Of a stretch of DNA of 64,000 nucleotides, positions 46,325 through 56,638 are shown one piece after another. The notes under the pieces were generated by a model. That model saw only the letters and a program-made list of their open reading frames with translations. It did no database searches and was not told the DNA's origin. The position numbers and the translations under genes are program-made. The stretch covers positions 248,001 to 312,000 of the IMG/VR virus record IMGVR_UViG_3300038424_000251; one strand, written 5' to 3'. The stretch's first letter is position 1. Every line of letters starts with the position of its first letter.

Positions 46325-46489
46325 AACAACGGATACCTACAGTTAAATCCTGACGTATTTGATACTCAGGACAATCACGGGTAATAAGTAGGTAATTAAA
46401 GTTTACCGAAGACCGTGTTAGGAGGCCACAATCGAAAGCAGTGGCTTTGCCGTTGGACGAGATTCCAACAGGTTATTAAATCCGTTGTT
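46325..46489 (+). ncRNA. orphan closed-stem RNA
   Basis: aacaacggat/atccgttgtt (10 bp). Confidence 0.6.
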
Positions 46490-46492
46490 TTA

Positions 46493-46584
46493 GGATGTGT
46501 GGCAGAGTGGCTTATAGCGCTTGCTTGGAGAGCAAGAGGTCGGTGAAAATCGGCCCGGAGGTTCAAATCCTTCCACATCCGCCA
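46493..46584 (+). tRNA. tRNA-Ser(GGA)
   Basis: cttgc-ttGGAga-gcaag. Confidence 0.92.
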
Positions 46585-46607
46585 ATTTATTTGAAATTAT
46601 AAATAAA

Positions 46608-46838
46608 ATGTTTTTAAAATGGGTAAAATTTTTATTTGCTAAAAAATCAAAAAACCCTGAAAAGGTAGTAATTGGTTTTGTATTACCAGATGGCAAAAAA
46701 TTTAATATCGAAGCAATAAAACCATCAACAAATCCATTTGCTTGTAAAATTCATCCAGATTATATTCCTGTAAGTCCGCCAACAAATAATTGTAATAGTT
46801 GTTGGGAATATTATAGTAAAGGCCGTAGTAAATGGTAA
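46608..46838 (+). CDS. small Cys/His protein
   Basis: CKIH..CNSCW. Confidence 0.6.
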   Translation: MFLKWVKFLFAKKSKNPEKVVIGFVLPDGKKFNIEAIKPSTNPFACKIHPDYIPVSPPTNNCNSCWEYYSKGRSKW

Positions 46839-47002
46839 TATGAATCAGAGTTATTATGACGATGATTACCCTGAAACAAATAGGGATAAGACTTTAGTGC
46901 CACGAAAAGTTTCTCTTTGGTGTGGTTGTGATAGAGTCTTAATAAGACCGTGGAAAAAGTGCCCCATTTGTGGCAGACGAAATGGCAGAAAACGATTTAA
47001 AC

Positions 47003-47096
47003 GGTAAGTTGGCCGAGTGGACTAAGGCGCCAGTTTCGAAAACTGGAGGTCGGCAAAAATGCTGACCCGTAGGTTCAAATCCTACACTTACCGCCA
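47003..47096 (+). tRNA. tRNA-Ser(CGA)
   Basis: ccagt-ttCGAaa-actgg. Confidence 0.92.
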
Positions 47097-47146
47097 ATTT
47101 TATATTCTTCTTGACTTTTCTTTCTTTTTTTGATATCTTTATCTTT

Positions 47147-47356
47147 ATGAATTTTCAACCACCAATCATATATGGAATTTATAATCTAACTTTGAATAAA
47201 TGGGTTCAAGATGCAGATTCAGATGTTGGTGCAGATGTTAAATGTTATAGTCTATCTAAAGCAGAAAAATTATTGGAAAGAGTAAATGATTTGAAAATGC
47301 TTAATCCAAATAATAGAAACATGCAATTTGAAATAAGGCCTTATAAGGATTTATGA
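47147..47356 (+). CDS. small hypothetical protein
   Basis: follows promoter 47111. Confidence 0.6.
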   Translation: MNFQPPIIYGIYNLTLNKWVQDADSDVGADVKCYSLSKAEKLLERVNDLKMLNPNNRNMQFEIRPYKDL

Positions 47357-47964
47357 AACTTAAAATTATAGGTGATGGGGCGTTTGGTTCTTTTCTTAAA
47401 GAATTACTTGCTCCTCATTTTGAAATTTGTGATGATGCAGAAAGTGTTATTCTTGCTATTCCTATATCTGCATACCCATCTTGGGGAGCACAATTGTCTG
47501 ATAAACATCTAATAAATGTATGTTCGGTTCAAAAACCATCAACTGATATACTTCTTTCGTCAACAGACAGAGTTACAAGTATTCATCCTTTATTTGGAAG
47601 GCGAACACCCGAAGATAAACGGAATTCAATTTTGACATATATAGGAACAAACAATGATACATGGGATTCAGGATTAGATTGTCAATTTGAATTCATAAAA
47701 ATATTTGGAAAAGTTTCTAAAATAATAGATACTGATCAAGAGGGTAAAAAGTTTACACCTGAATCGCATGACCAGCTTATGGCTAAAACCCATGTAGCTG
47801 CCGTTATGGCAGCTAAACAATTAAAGGTATTTGTTGACAGAGTTAAAGATGTTCCTGATGAATTGATTCCTCATAGTTTTCGTATGATGCGAGAGTTTGT
47901 AAAAACTCTTGATGATATGCCGAAAGGAACTATTGAAAGTATTATGGCAAATCCATATTTTTAA
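47353..47964 (+). CDS. prephenate/arogenate dehydrogenase-like protein
   Basis: IIGDGAFG, CSVQ, SIHPLFG, PESHDQLMA..H. Confidence 0.8.
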   Translation: MKLKIIGDGAFGSFLKELLAPHFEICDDAESVILAIPISAYPSWGAQLSDKHLINVCSVQKPSTDILLSSTDRVTSIHPLFGRRTPEDKRNSILTYIGTNNDTWDSGLDCQFEFIKIFGKVSKIIDTDQEGKKFTPESHDQLMAKTHVAAVMAAKQLKVFVDRVKDVPDELIPHSFRMMREFVKTLDDMPKGTIESIMANPYF

Positions 47965-48021
47965 TAAAACCATTAAATAAAATAAGTTGATTATAAAAAC
48001 CCATTGTTGTATCATTTAGAT

Positions 48022-48342
48022 ATGACAATGGGTGTTTTTATTTTAGTTGTTATAGCAATGACATTTTATGGATTTGGTGAATATTTTTCAAAATTATTTG
48101 CTAATATAGGTGGTTCAAAATTTGCTCTTCTAGCTCTTCTTTTCTATATTTTAACTTCTATCTGTTTTTTACCAGCCTTAAAAAAGCTTAATTCACTTTC
48201 TATTTTAGGAACTATTTGGAATGTAGGCTATATGATAATTACATTGGGAATAGGTATTTTAATATTTCATGAAACTCTTACCATACTTCAAATTATAGGT
48301 ATAATATTTGGTTTTATTGCTATAATTTTATTGTCAATATAA
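48022..48342 (+). CDS. SMR/DMT-family 4-TM transporter
   Basis: 4 TM; GE..SK; IW; FHETLT..QIIG. Confidence 0.8.
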   Translation: MTMGVFILVVIAMTFYGFGEYFSKLFANIGGSKFALLALLFYILTSICFLPALKKLNSLSILGTIWNVGYMIITLGIGILIFHETLTILQIIGIIFGFIAIILLSI

Positions 48343-48395
48343 TAAATTGATTTTCTCTTAATCTGTGTTAGTATGCTTCACAGAAGGAAAAATAT

Positions 48396-49079
48396 ATGAT
48401 TGACAAAACTAATTTGACTGATGCTGAAATTCAAGAAAATTACCAAGAATTTTTGAAATTTGTTGGTGATACTTTCATTGGTAAAAGAAAAGATAAACTT
48501 CTAAAAATGTATTCTGATGAAGAAGATTCGTTGGGATTACCTTTAGCAACTGCACCTGCATCAATGTGTGAACATTTTCATCTGTGTTATCCGGGTGGAT
48601 ATTTGCAACATGTTATGCATGTAATCAGATTATCTTTTGCAGGAAAGAAATTATTTGAAATTGCTGGAGCAAATATTGATTTTACAGATGAACAAATGGT
48701 ATTTGCAGCTATGCATCACGATTTAGGAAAACTTGGTGACCCTGAATTTGGTGAATATTATGCTCCACAAGACCAAGATTGGAAGTATAAGAAGGGTGAA
48801 TTTTACAAAATGAATCCTAATCTTCCTTACATGGAAGTTACTGATAGAGCTATATTTCTACTTCAAAAGTATGGTGTAGTTTATGATTGGAAGGAATACC
48901 TTGGTATTAAATTATCAGATGGTTTGTTCAATGATTCCAATGAAAAATATCTAAAACAATATAATCCTGAAATGTATTTATCAACTAATTTACCACGCAT
49001 AATTCATACTGCTGATTATACAGCATGTAGGTCAGAATATGACAGGTGGCATTATGTTAAAGCTGAAGAAAAGCTCTAA
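48396..49079 (+). CDS. HD-domain phosphohydrolase
   Basis: APAS..FH..GGYLQH..HDLGK..HTAD. Confidence 0.88.
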   Translation: MIDKTNLTDAEIQENYQEFLKFVGDTFIGKRKDKLLKMYSDEEDSLGLPLATAPASMCEHFHLCYPGGYLQHVMHVIRLSFAGKKLFEIAGANIDFTDEQMVFAAMHHDLGKLGDPEFGEYYAPQDQDWKYKKGEFYKMNPNLPYMEVTDRAIFLLQKYGVVYDWKEYLGIKLSDGLFNDSNEKYLKQYNPEMYLSTNLPRIIHTADYTACRSEYDRWHYVKAEEKL

Positions 49080-49292
49080 TAATTCCATGAATAAAAAACA
49101 TTCCCCGTCTGAAATATTCAGATGGGAGAATTTTTTTGTGCAATAGAAGACTGCTAACGCGGATTAAACATCCGACATGAAATTTCATATTGTCGAAACA
49201 AGTATATCCACTATTATTTTTCACTATTATAAGTATCATTGCTACAAATGAAATAGTGTTGACTTTTAACAGACCTGTGATATGATATAATT

Positions 49293-49616
49293 ATGCCTGT
49301 AATAAAGGATGATAAAATATTGCTGATTCGTTGTAAATGCCATGGGCATATTCTGGAAATTACTTACGATGATTATTGGATTGAAGAAGGTGTAGAACCT
49401 GATTTTTATGTTTCCGTATGGAATCAATCTCCATGTCCACTTTCTTTTTCTTACCGCCTTAAACTTGTTTGGGACTTAATTCGTGGAAAAGACCTTAGTG
49501 GTGATGATGTAATAATAGAAAAAGCAGATGCACAATCGATTGTAAATTTCTTAAACAAACAAATAAGAGCAAATTATGTCAAACAAAAAAAGAACAAAGG
49601 AAATGCAATCAGATGA
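49293..49616 (+). CDS. hypothetical protein
   Basis: leaderless after promoter ~49259. Confidence 0.7.
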   Translation: MPVIKDDKILLIRCKCHGHILEITYDDYWIEEGVEPDFYVSVWNQSPCPLSFSYRLKLVWDLIRGKDLSGDDVIIEKADAQSIVNFLNKQIRANYVKQKKNKGNAIR

Positions 49617-49869
49617 AATCCTTACTTTAGAAGTACCCATAGCCGAAATAATGAAACAAGAGGAAATTATTTGGTCGCCGGGAGATACAGCGCCACGTTA
49701 TGTTATTGTTCGTGGTGGATTAAGAGTATCTGACAAAGATTATCCAGAACGGGATGACCCAAGGGCAATTTCTGAAATGAATTTTTGGAACAGAGTAATC
49801 AGTCGTTGGCCTGATGGAACGAAAATTGAAATCGTTCAATATGATAAAAAGAAGCATCGCATTTGGTAA
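49576..49869 (+). CDS. hypothetical protein
   Basis: ORF. Confidence 0.7.
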   Translation: MSNKKRTKEMQSDEILTLEVPIAEIMKQEEIIWSPGDTAPRYVIVRGGLRVSDKDYPERDDPRAISEMNFWNRVISRWPDGTKIEIVQYDKKKHRIW

Positions 49870-49901
49870 AAAAATAAAAATATTTATCTAAATTTATACG
49901 T

Positions 49902-49936
49902 AACGTGGTAGAGAAATCTACCACGTTTTTTCTTTT
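49902..49936 (+). terminator. intrinsic terminator
   Basis: aacgtggtaga-gaaa-tctaccacgtt + T tract. Confidence 0.85.
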
Positions 49937-49970
49937 TGTACGTCTTTGCCGATATTTATTCAATGAAGAT

Positions 49971-50324
49971 ATGGTAGAAAAAAATAATAAAAATATACCA
50001 ACTCTATATGTTATACCATCTGATAATAAGGAATTGCAATTTTTTTCCAAAAAGTTTAAGTTTGACATGATGGAGCAAGTCATAAACATGATTGCGTTTG
50101 CTATTGAACATAATTTACCTCTTGTTGAAGTATTTCAGTTTAAAAATTCTGACTTTGTTATAACATTATCAGAGAGAGATTATTTGACTAACCTTAACAA
50201 TATTTATTCTTACTATGTAGAAAAAGAAGCTTACGAATATTGTCCAAAGGTAGTCAAGTTACAGAAAATTCTAAAGGAAAAGTCCGTAATAAATACTGAT
50301 GAAAACCAAACGAATCGACACTAA
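49971..50324 (+). CDS. hypothetical protein (UVR-like C-terminal helix)
   Basis: EKEAYEYC..V; TATTTAT upstream. Confidence 0.7.
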   Translation: MVEKNNKNIPTLYVIPSDNKELQFFSKKFKFDMMEQVINMIAFAIEHNLPLVEVFQFKNSDFVITLSERDYLTNLNNIYSYYVEKEAYEYCPKVVKLQKILKEKSVINTDENQTNRH

Positions 50325-51030
50325 TGAAGTTAAGGACATAAGCCCTATTATCCCACAACGAAATAAGATTAAAAATCTTCTATCAATTTATCAAAGAAAT
50401 CTTAATGAAAAGCAAAAAAATTTTTTGGAAATTGCCATGGACAAGAATACAAAAATTGTATTCGTATATGGGCCTGCTGGCACGTCCAAAACGTATATGG
50501 CAATATATGCTGCACTTACACTGGTCAATCAAAGAAAAGTAAGTGATTTAATCTACATTCGTTCAGCAGTAGAATCATCAGAAGCTAAACTTGGATTCTT
50601 ACCCGGAGAAGCTGACGAAAAAATGGCACCATATTTAGCTCCTTTAACGGATAAATTAGTAGAATTATTACCAAAAAATGATATAGATATTTTAAAAAAA
50701 GAAAATAGAATTTCATCTATCCCAGTTGGATTTCTTAGAGGGTTAAATTGGAATGCTAGAGTAATAATTTCTGATGAAGCGCAGAACATGACTTTTAAAG
50801 AATTATTTACATTGATTACTAGGGTAGGAGAATTTAGTAAAATGTTTATTTTGGGTGACCCTGAACAATCGGACCTCAACGGTAAAACCGGATTTCTTAA
50901 AATGATATCTTATTTTGATGATGAAGAATCGAGAGCTAATGGAATTCAAGTGTTTAGATTTACCGATAATGATATTGTAAGAAGTGGATTGGTTCAATTC
51001 ATTGTCAAAAAAGTTAAAAAAACGATTTGA
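50299..51030 (+). CDS. phoH: PhoH-family ATPase
   Basis: GPAGTSKT, LGFLPG, FLRG, DEAQN, GDPEQSD, DIVRSGLV. Confidence 0.95.
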   Translation: MKTKRIDTNEVKDISPIIPQRNKIKNLLSIYQRNLNEKQKNFLEIAMDKNTKIVFVYGPAGTSKTYMAIYAALTLVNQRKVSDLIYIRSAVESSEAKLGFLPGEADEKMAPYLAPLTDKLVELLPKNDIDILKKENRISSIPVGFLRGLNWNARVIISDEAQNMTFKELFTLITRVGEFSKMFILGDPEQSDLNGKTGFLKMISYFDDEESRANGIQVFRFTDNDIVRSGLVQFIVKKVKKTI

Positions 51031-51052
51031 GAGTCTATTTATAGGTTATATT

Positions 51053-52045
51053 ATGTCTGATAATGAAAAAGTATCTTCCTTACTGGAATTAGATGCACCA
51101 GAAATACAACCAAATGATGTTTTTCTAGTCACAGATATGAGTCAACGGGAGTCTAAACAACTTCCAGTAGGACAATTATTACTATTTATTGAAAGTAGTG
51201 GAAGTTTTTTGGCTTATGATTCTGCTCATGCAGATACGGCCTCTTATATTTTGGCTAGTGGTATTGATGGTATTATACCTCTTGCTACTAATGCGTCACA
51301 ATCTATATCATCAAGTTGGGCGAGTCTTGCTGATACAAGTTCTTATGCTATTACAGCATCATCTTCTTCATATTCTGCATTTTGTTCAATTACATCAGAT
51401 ATTGCTAATACTGCTTCATTTTTGTCATATACTGGAACACCTAATGGTACAGCTTCGTATGCTATAACTTCCCTTACATCAAATACTGCTCAAAATGCCG
51501 CGTTTTTAATTTATTCCAGTGGAAGTAATAATGGAACATCATCGTATTCTGTAACGTCGCTCACTACTATTTCAGCATCGTATTCCAATACATCATCATA
51601 TTCCAATACGTCATTATATTCTGATACTTCAAGTATAGCAATATCATGTAATACCGCACAGACAGCAAGTTTTTACAATGGCCCAAGATTTGCTCCTACT
51701 TTTATAGCACCCGTTACTATTTTTTCTGGTACAGGACAATCTGCATTTACAACATTTGATTGTAGTCCTTATATTCCGGTTGGAACCAGCGTGGTTATTT
51801 TAGATGCATGGTCTGTAAATGGTAATACAAATACTACCGGATTTGTTTATATAAGACCAGATTCCTTTTTTACTGCTTCAAATTATGTATTGATAGCATT
51901 TCGTTCAGCAGGCAGTGGTGATAATGTAGCAGTTGGTGCACAAGGAAGTTTTCCTCTTTCTTCAATTAGTCCTTTAACATTTCAATTCAGTGTGACACAA
52001 ACAGCAGATGGTGGAACAACGATTCGTTTAATAGGATATTACTAA
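51053..52045 (+). CDS. Ser/Ala-rich fibre-like virion protein
   Basis: TASYA repeats; N-terminal domain shared with the next gene. Confidence 0.7.
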   Translation: MSDNEKVSSLLELDAPEIQPNDVFLVTDMSQRESKQLPVGQLLLFIESSGSFLAYDSAHADTASYILASGIDGIIPLATNASQSISSSWASLADTSSYAITASSSSYSAFCSITSDIANTASFLSYTGTPNGTASYAITSLTSNTAQNAAFLIYSSGSNNGTSSYSVTSLTTISASYSNTSSYSNTSLYSDTSSIAISCNTAQTASFYNGPRFAPTFIAPVTIFSGTGQSAFTTFDCSPYIPVGTSVVILDAWSVNGNTNTTGFVYIRPDSFFTASNYVLIAFRSAGSGDNVAVGAQGSFPLSSISPLTFQFSVTQTADGGTTIRLIGYY

Positions 52046-52058
52046 TAATAACAATTTT

Positions 52059-54077
52059 ATGCCAAATATAGGAAATCAATTATTAACACAGTTAGTGGAA
52101 CTTACAGCACCTGAAGTTCAACCAAATGATATATTTCTTATTGTAGATATAAGTGCTAATGAATCAAAAAAAATTCAAGCATATGATTTGGCATTGTGGT
52201 TGAATGCAAGTGGAAGTCTTTATGCAATTTATGCAGTAAATGCTGATACAGCTTCATATATTTTGGGGAGTGAAGTACATGGAACGGTAATTTCATCAAG
52301 TTATTCAAATAAATCTTCATTATCAGATACCGCTTCTTTTGCTCTGCTTGCAAATAGTTCTTCATATGCTTTGACTGCTTCATTTGCTATGAGTGGGTCA
52401 GGAGGAGCAACTTCCATTACTGCTTCGTATTTACTTTATTCAGGTGTGCCCAATGGAACGGCATCATATGCTATAACTTCTTTCACATCAAATACTGCTC
52501 AAAATGCTATCTTTTTACTTTATAATAGTGGAAGTAATAATGGAACGGCATCGTATGCTATAACCACTCAAAATGTACAGCATTCGACTACATCTGATAC
52601 TGCGTCTTATGTTGCTGGAGGACCAACAGCTACAGCTTCATATGCTCTTTATGCTCAACAATCGGCTCCGGGGTCGTCTAGTTATTTGATATTTTCTTCA
52701 ACTAATGGAACATCATCTTATGCTATGGCTGCACAAGTCATAGCTAATATAATGGCTAATTATGGTATCTTTTTAGCATATACTCAATCAGTTAATATGG
52801 CACAACTTGATGATGTAGATATATTGTGGTCCACAGCAGCAGAGGCCATAACACCCATTGAAGCTATGGGAACTGTAATTGTTCCTTTTACATCATCAGT
52901 TCCTACAAATGGAATTGTATATCTTTCCGCAATGGATAGAAATACAGGATTCCAGACTTTGTTGGATTCAACTCCAATATCAGTGAATGTCCCTATTATA
53001 TATACTTGGGATAATCAATATGCTAGTGGAACTATAGAAACTCCGTTTTCCTTAATGGGGCAATCAAGTTTTTATGGTTCTTATATGTTATTTGTGAGTT
53101 CATCAAATAATATTAAAATTGAACCAACGAGAACTGTTCGATTTAAAATTTCCAGTCAAAGTGACACGGTAAATTCTTATGTAAATGTTCCATTAAGTTT
53201 AAGTGTGTTTCCATCTAGTTCTGTTGTATTCACATTTACATCCACAGATGGTGGTCCTTTTACGGATTATATTACAGGTTTATTTTACACAATGTCTTTT
53301 AATAAACAAATATTTACATTAGATGCCATTAACCAAGGTTTGACATCAATGTATTATTATTGGACATTGAATAGCGTCACAGAATCAAATTTTTCAAATA
53401 ATCCATTATCAATATTGAGTGGTGTACCTAATTCTTTAACTTCTCTATCATGTTCAAATTGCTCTTTGGCATCGTTTTACACATTCCAATCTTCATCGTT
53501 AAGTACTCTAAGTTGTGATGGTAATTTCTTAACATCATTACCAAATTTTCCAACATCCATGTCGTATATAAATTGCTCAAATAACAATTTGACATCTTTA
53601 AATTTACCATTAACATTATCATATTTGAATTGTTCTTTAAATCAACTGACTTCACTACCAAGTGTTCTTCCATCAGGGTCATATACATTTTTGGCTGATA
53701 ATAATCAGATACAAGTTTTACCATCTGCCCTTCCAGATACCATAGTTACTATGTCAATGAATAATAATACTTCATTATTAAACTTTTCACTAACACCTTT
53801 ACCTGCTCAATTGGGTTATCTTTCTTTCAATAATTGTCCAAATATAGGTAGTTTACCGAGCATACCGACAGGAGTTTTATATTTATCTTTACAAAGTTGT
53901 AGTCTTAATTCGACAGTTTTGGAGAATATTACAGCTAATTTAGCATCTAGTAGCTTATCTGCTAGTATGATTAGCGGAACAGTTGATATAAGAGGAAATG
54001 GCGCACCCGATAGTACAGCATTAAACAATTTACAGACGTTAATAAATAATGGATGGGTGGCATTATACGATATGTAA
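52059..54077 (+). CDS. fibre-like virion protein with C-terminal leucine-rich repeats
   Basis: TASYA repeats; L.C..N.LTSLP.LP repeats. Confidence 0.75.
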   Translation: MPNIGNQLLTQLVELTAPEVQPNDIFLIVDISANESKKIQAYDLALWLNASGSLYAIYAVNADTASYILGSEVHGTVISSSYSNKSSLSDTASFALLANSSSYALTASFAMSGSGGATSITASYLLYSGVPNGTASYAITSFTSNTAQNAIFLLYNSGSNNGTASYAITTQNVQHSTTSDTASYVAGGPTATASYALYAQQSAPGSSSYLIFSSTNGTSSYAMAAQVIANIMANYGIFLAYTQSVNMAQLDDVDILWSTAAEAITPIEAMGTVIVPFTSSVPTNGIVYLSAMDRNTGFQTLLDSTPISVNVPIIYTWDNQYASGTIETPFSLMGQSSFYGSYMLFVSSSNNIKIEPTRTVRFKISSQSDTVNSYVNVPLSLSVFPSSSVVFTFTSTDGGPFTDYITGLFYTMSFNKQIFTLDAINQGLTSMYYYWTLNSVTESNFSNNPLSILSGVPNSLTSLSCSNCSLASFYTFQSSSLSTLSCDGNFLTSLPNFPTSMSYINCSNNNLTSLNLPLTLSYLNCSLNQLTSLPSVLPSGSYTFLADNNQIQVLPSALPDTIVTMSMNNNTSLLNFSLTPLPAQLGYLSFNNCPNIGSLPSIPTGVLYLSLQSCSLNSTVLENITANLASSSLSASMISGTVDIRGNGAPDSTALNNLQTLINNGWVALYDM

Positions 54078-54105
54078 TACTTATACTTAAAAGGAATATA
54101 AAAAT

Positions 54106-55053
54106 ATGTCATTACAAAGCATACCAATCAGTGGTTTAAATCCGGATAGTGTAGTTGTATCAAGTGATTTTATACCAATAGTTCAAAGTTCTTCTTTAAC
54201 AACTTTTAGAGTACCATTGTCAGTGTTAGCGAATTGGATATCTTCGTCTGTTGATGCTAGTTCTTCATTTTCATCTGTATCAGCATCATATGCCTACTCA
54301 GGCAGTTGGGCTTTTATGAGTATTAGCTCCAGTTATTTAATTTATCCTAATTTATCTACTGCTTCATATGCAATAAGTTCAAGTTATGCAATAAGTTCAA
54401 GTTATACAATAAGTGCTTCGTGGGCATCATCGCCTGCTAGTTCTTCGTGGGCTTCTCGGTCTATTTGGTCGTTATCATCATCGTTTGCTTCTCGGTCTAT
54501 TTGGTCGTTATCATCATCGTGGGCTTCACAGTCAATAAGTTCATCGTGGAGTCCATTTATTCCATCAGTTAGTGCCTCATATGCTTTTAACTCATTGAGT
54601 TCAAGTTATTCAGCAACAGCAAGTTATACACCACCATCTGCTAATATGATACGTGCTTTTGGTACGATATTAATGGCGCAAGCAAACAAATATGATACTA
54701 TACTTATTTCATCAGCTTCATATAACATAAAATCTGCTGTATATTTAGGTAATAATAATGCAAGTAATATTCTACCAGATAATAATTGGTCTTCACCATT
54801 AGGTGTAAATACATTACACACTCATTTACCCGGAAATGCCATTTGTATTACGTTTAATAATCCTATGCCAACAAAATATTATACGGTTGTAAATACCTAT
54901 AATGGATACGAACCTTATGGGTATGAGGGTATTAATACATATATCAGTCCAGTAGGTCAAACTATTAATGGATATACTATGTCATTTTCTGGTGGTGATA
55001 ATAGTAGTACTGAAGGAAAATTCTTAACTAATTTCATGGTTTTACATCCGTAA
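54106..55053 (+). CDS. Ser-rich fibre-like virion protein
   Basis: SSSWAS repeats; ASYNIKS..ITF.NPMP..YY C-terminal domain. Confidence 0.7.
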   Translation: MSLQSIPISGLNPDSVVVSSDFIPIVQSSSLTTFRVPLSVLANWISSSVDASSSFSSVSASYAYSGSWAFMSISSSYLIYPNLSTASYAISSSYAISSSYTISASWASSPASSSWASRSIWSLSSSFASRSIWSLSSSWASQSISSSWSPFIPSVSASYAFNSLSSSYSATASYTPPSANMIRAFGTILMAQANKYDTILISSASYNIKSAVYLGNNNASNILPDNNWSSPLGVNTLHTHLPGNAICITFNNPMPTKYYTVVNTYNGYEPYGYEGINTYISPVGQTINGYTMSFSGGDNSSTEGKFLTNFMVLHP

Positions 55054-55088
55054 AATAGTTATAATATATTACTACTGATGAATTCATA

Positions 55089-56090
55089 ATGAAAGACAAA
55101 AACTTACTAAAGTCTAAATTTTCATGGATATTAGGATGTTCAGCACTTTTTATAGCATTGTGTGCAGCATTTTTTAGTGTTTATGGTATTTCAACCCTTT
55201 TTGCAGGAGCATTTATTTCCGCTGTAATTATGGCGTCATCTCTTGAAATAGGTAAATTGGTTGGAGTTACATTTCTATATCGTTATTGGACAAAATGTAG
55301 GGGATTTTTAAAAGCATATTTAATAAGTGCTATTTTGGTATTAATGCTTATAACGTCATTAGGTATTTTTGGTTATTTATCGGCTGCTTATCAAAAATCT
55401 TCCTCAGAATTTAATGTGGCACAAGAAAAGATATCAAATGTACAGGACCAAAAAACCTATTACAAAGATAAAATAGATGTGGCTAAAAAGCGTATTGATG
55501 ACCTTACTAAACTTCGGGCTTCTCAAGAAACTACAATAAATAACGTGATAGAAAAGAAAGGTCTTTTTTCTTCAAAGTGGAATCAATCATCACAACAACA
55601 AACGGTGGATTTAATCTCTGATACTGATAAGAGTATAAAAGAAGAAAATCAAAAAATACAAGAATCTATTGATACTATTCGTGGTATTGACAATCAAATT
55701 AATCAGTTAAAATCAACAATAGTAGCAAGAAAAGATATTCAGACTTTTAAATTTGTTGCCGATGCATTAAAATTACCATTGGATACTGTAGCTAGATGGT
55801 TTATTTTATGTTTAATTTTTGTATTTGACCCATTGGCAATTTCTTTAGTTTTAGCATACAATGTAGCTGTTTATAGAAAAGAAGATGAATCCGTATATGA
55901 TAGAAATACAAATAATATTCCAGTATTGTTGAAAAGCGAACCAGAACCTTTGCCACCACCCATATCTCAACCAAAAATTGATTCAGAACCTTTGCCTACT
56001 GTCAAAGAGGAACCAAAAGTAGAGAAAATAGAAGAAAAGAAACCTAAATATAATATGCCATTGTGGTATAAACAAATGTTTAAACTTTAA
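55089..56090 (+). CDS. membrane-anchored coiled-coil protein
   Basis: AAFFSVYG..LEIGKLV..ITSLGIFGYLS..VFDPLA. Confidence 0.8.
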   Translation: MKDKNLLKSKFSWILGCSALFIALCAAFFSVYGISTLFAGAFISAVIMASSLEIGKLVGVTFLYRYWTKCRGFLKAYLISAILVLMLITSLGIFGYLSAAYQKSSSEFNVAQEKISNVQDQKTYYKDKIDVAKKRIDDLTKLRASQETTINNVIEKKGLFSSKWNQSSQQQTVDLISDTDKSIKEENQKIQESIDTIRGIDNQINQLKSTIVARKDIQTFKFVADALKLPLDTVARWFILCLIFVFDPLAISLVLAYNVAVYRKEDESVYDRNTNNIPVLLKSEPEPLPPPISQPKIDSEPLPTVKEEPKVEKIEEKKPKYNMPLWYKQMFKL

Positions 56091-56336
56091 TACTTGCCAA
56101 AATGAATAACATATATTAAACTCAATTATATTAAAAATTTTGATATTTAATTAGTTATTCAACTATATATGACGCTGATAATCCTTATGTAATTAATGAT
56201 GAATCAATCTGATATAAATTGTATAGTAGAACTATTAAGTAAAGCCATAAAACAAAATGATTGGGATGCCGTGGCAGAAGCTCTTGAATATATTCAAGAA
56301 TTTCAAGATGACCCCCAATATGAAGAAGAATAACAT

Positions 56337-56630
56337 ATGTTAATTTCTTTAGTTATATTGTTGTTAATATTATTAATAGTATCTGTTGTTTTCAACTTTC
56401 TCCTTTTAAAAGCAGGTGAACGACAACTTGTAATAAATGAATTGTATATAAGCTGGATATCTGAATGGAGAATACAAGTTCTAAAGACTTGGGCACATAT
56501 GAAAATGCTTGATGATAAGCAAATGTTTGAAAAAGACGATGAAGTTGGCATTGTATTTCAAGATATGAAAGACCTTATACAGAATCTTAATAATAGAACT
56601 GAAGAAACCATAGAAGAAGAAGGAGAATAA
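56337..56630 (+). CDS. small membrane protein
   Basis: N-terminal TM; FEKDDEVG. Confidence 0.75.
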   Translation: MLISLVILLLILLIVSVVFNFLLLKAGERQLVINELYISWISEWRIQVLKTWAHMKMLDDKQMFEKDDEVGIVFQDMKDLIQNLNNRTEETIEEEGE

Positions 56631-56638
56631 AATTTTCT

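Noticed and set aside
46521-46607. ORF extensions overlapping tRNAs (also 25472, 37553, 39213, 42120 and antisense ORFs)
   Set aside because: They are read-through of tRNA sequence; downstream starts were used instead.
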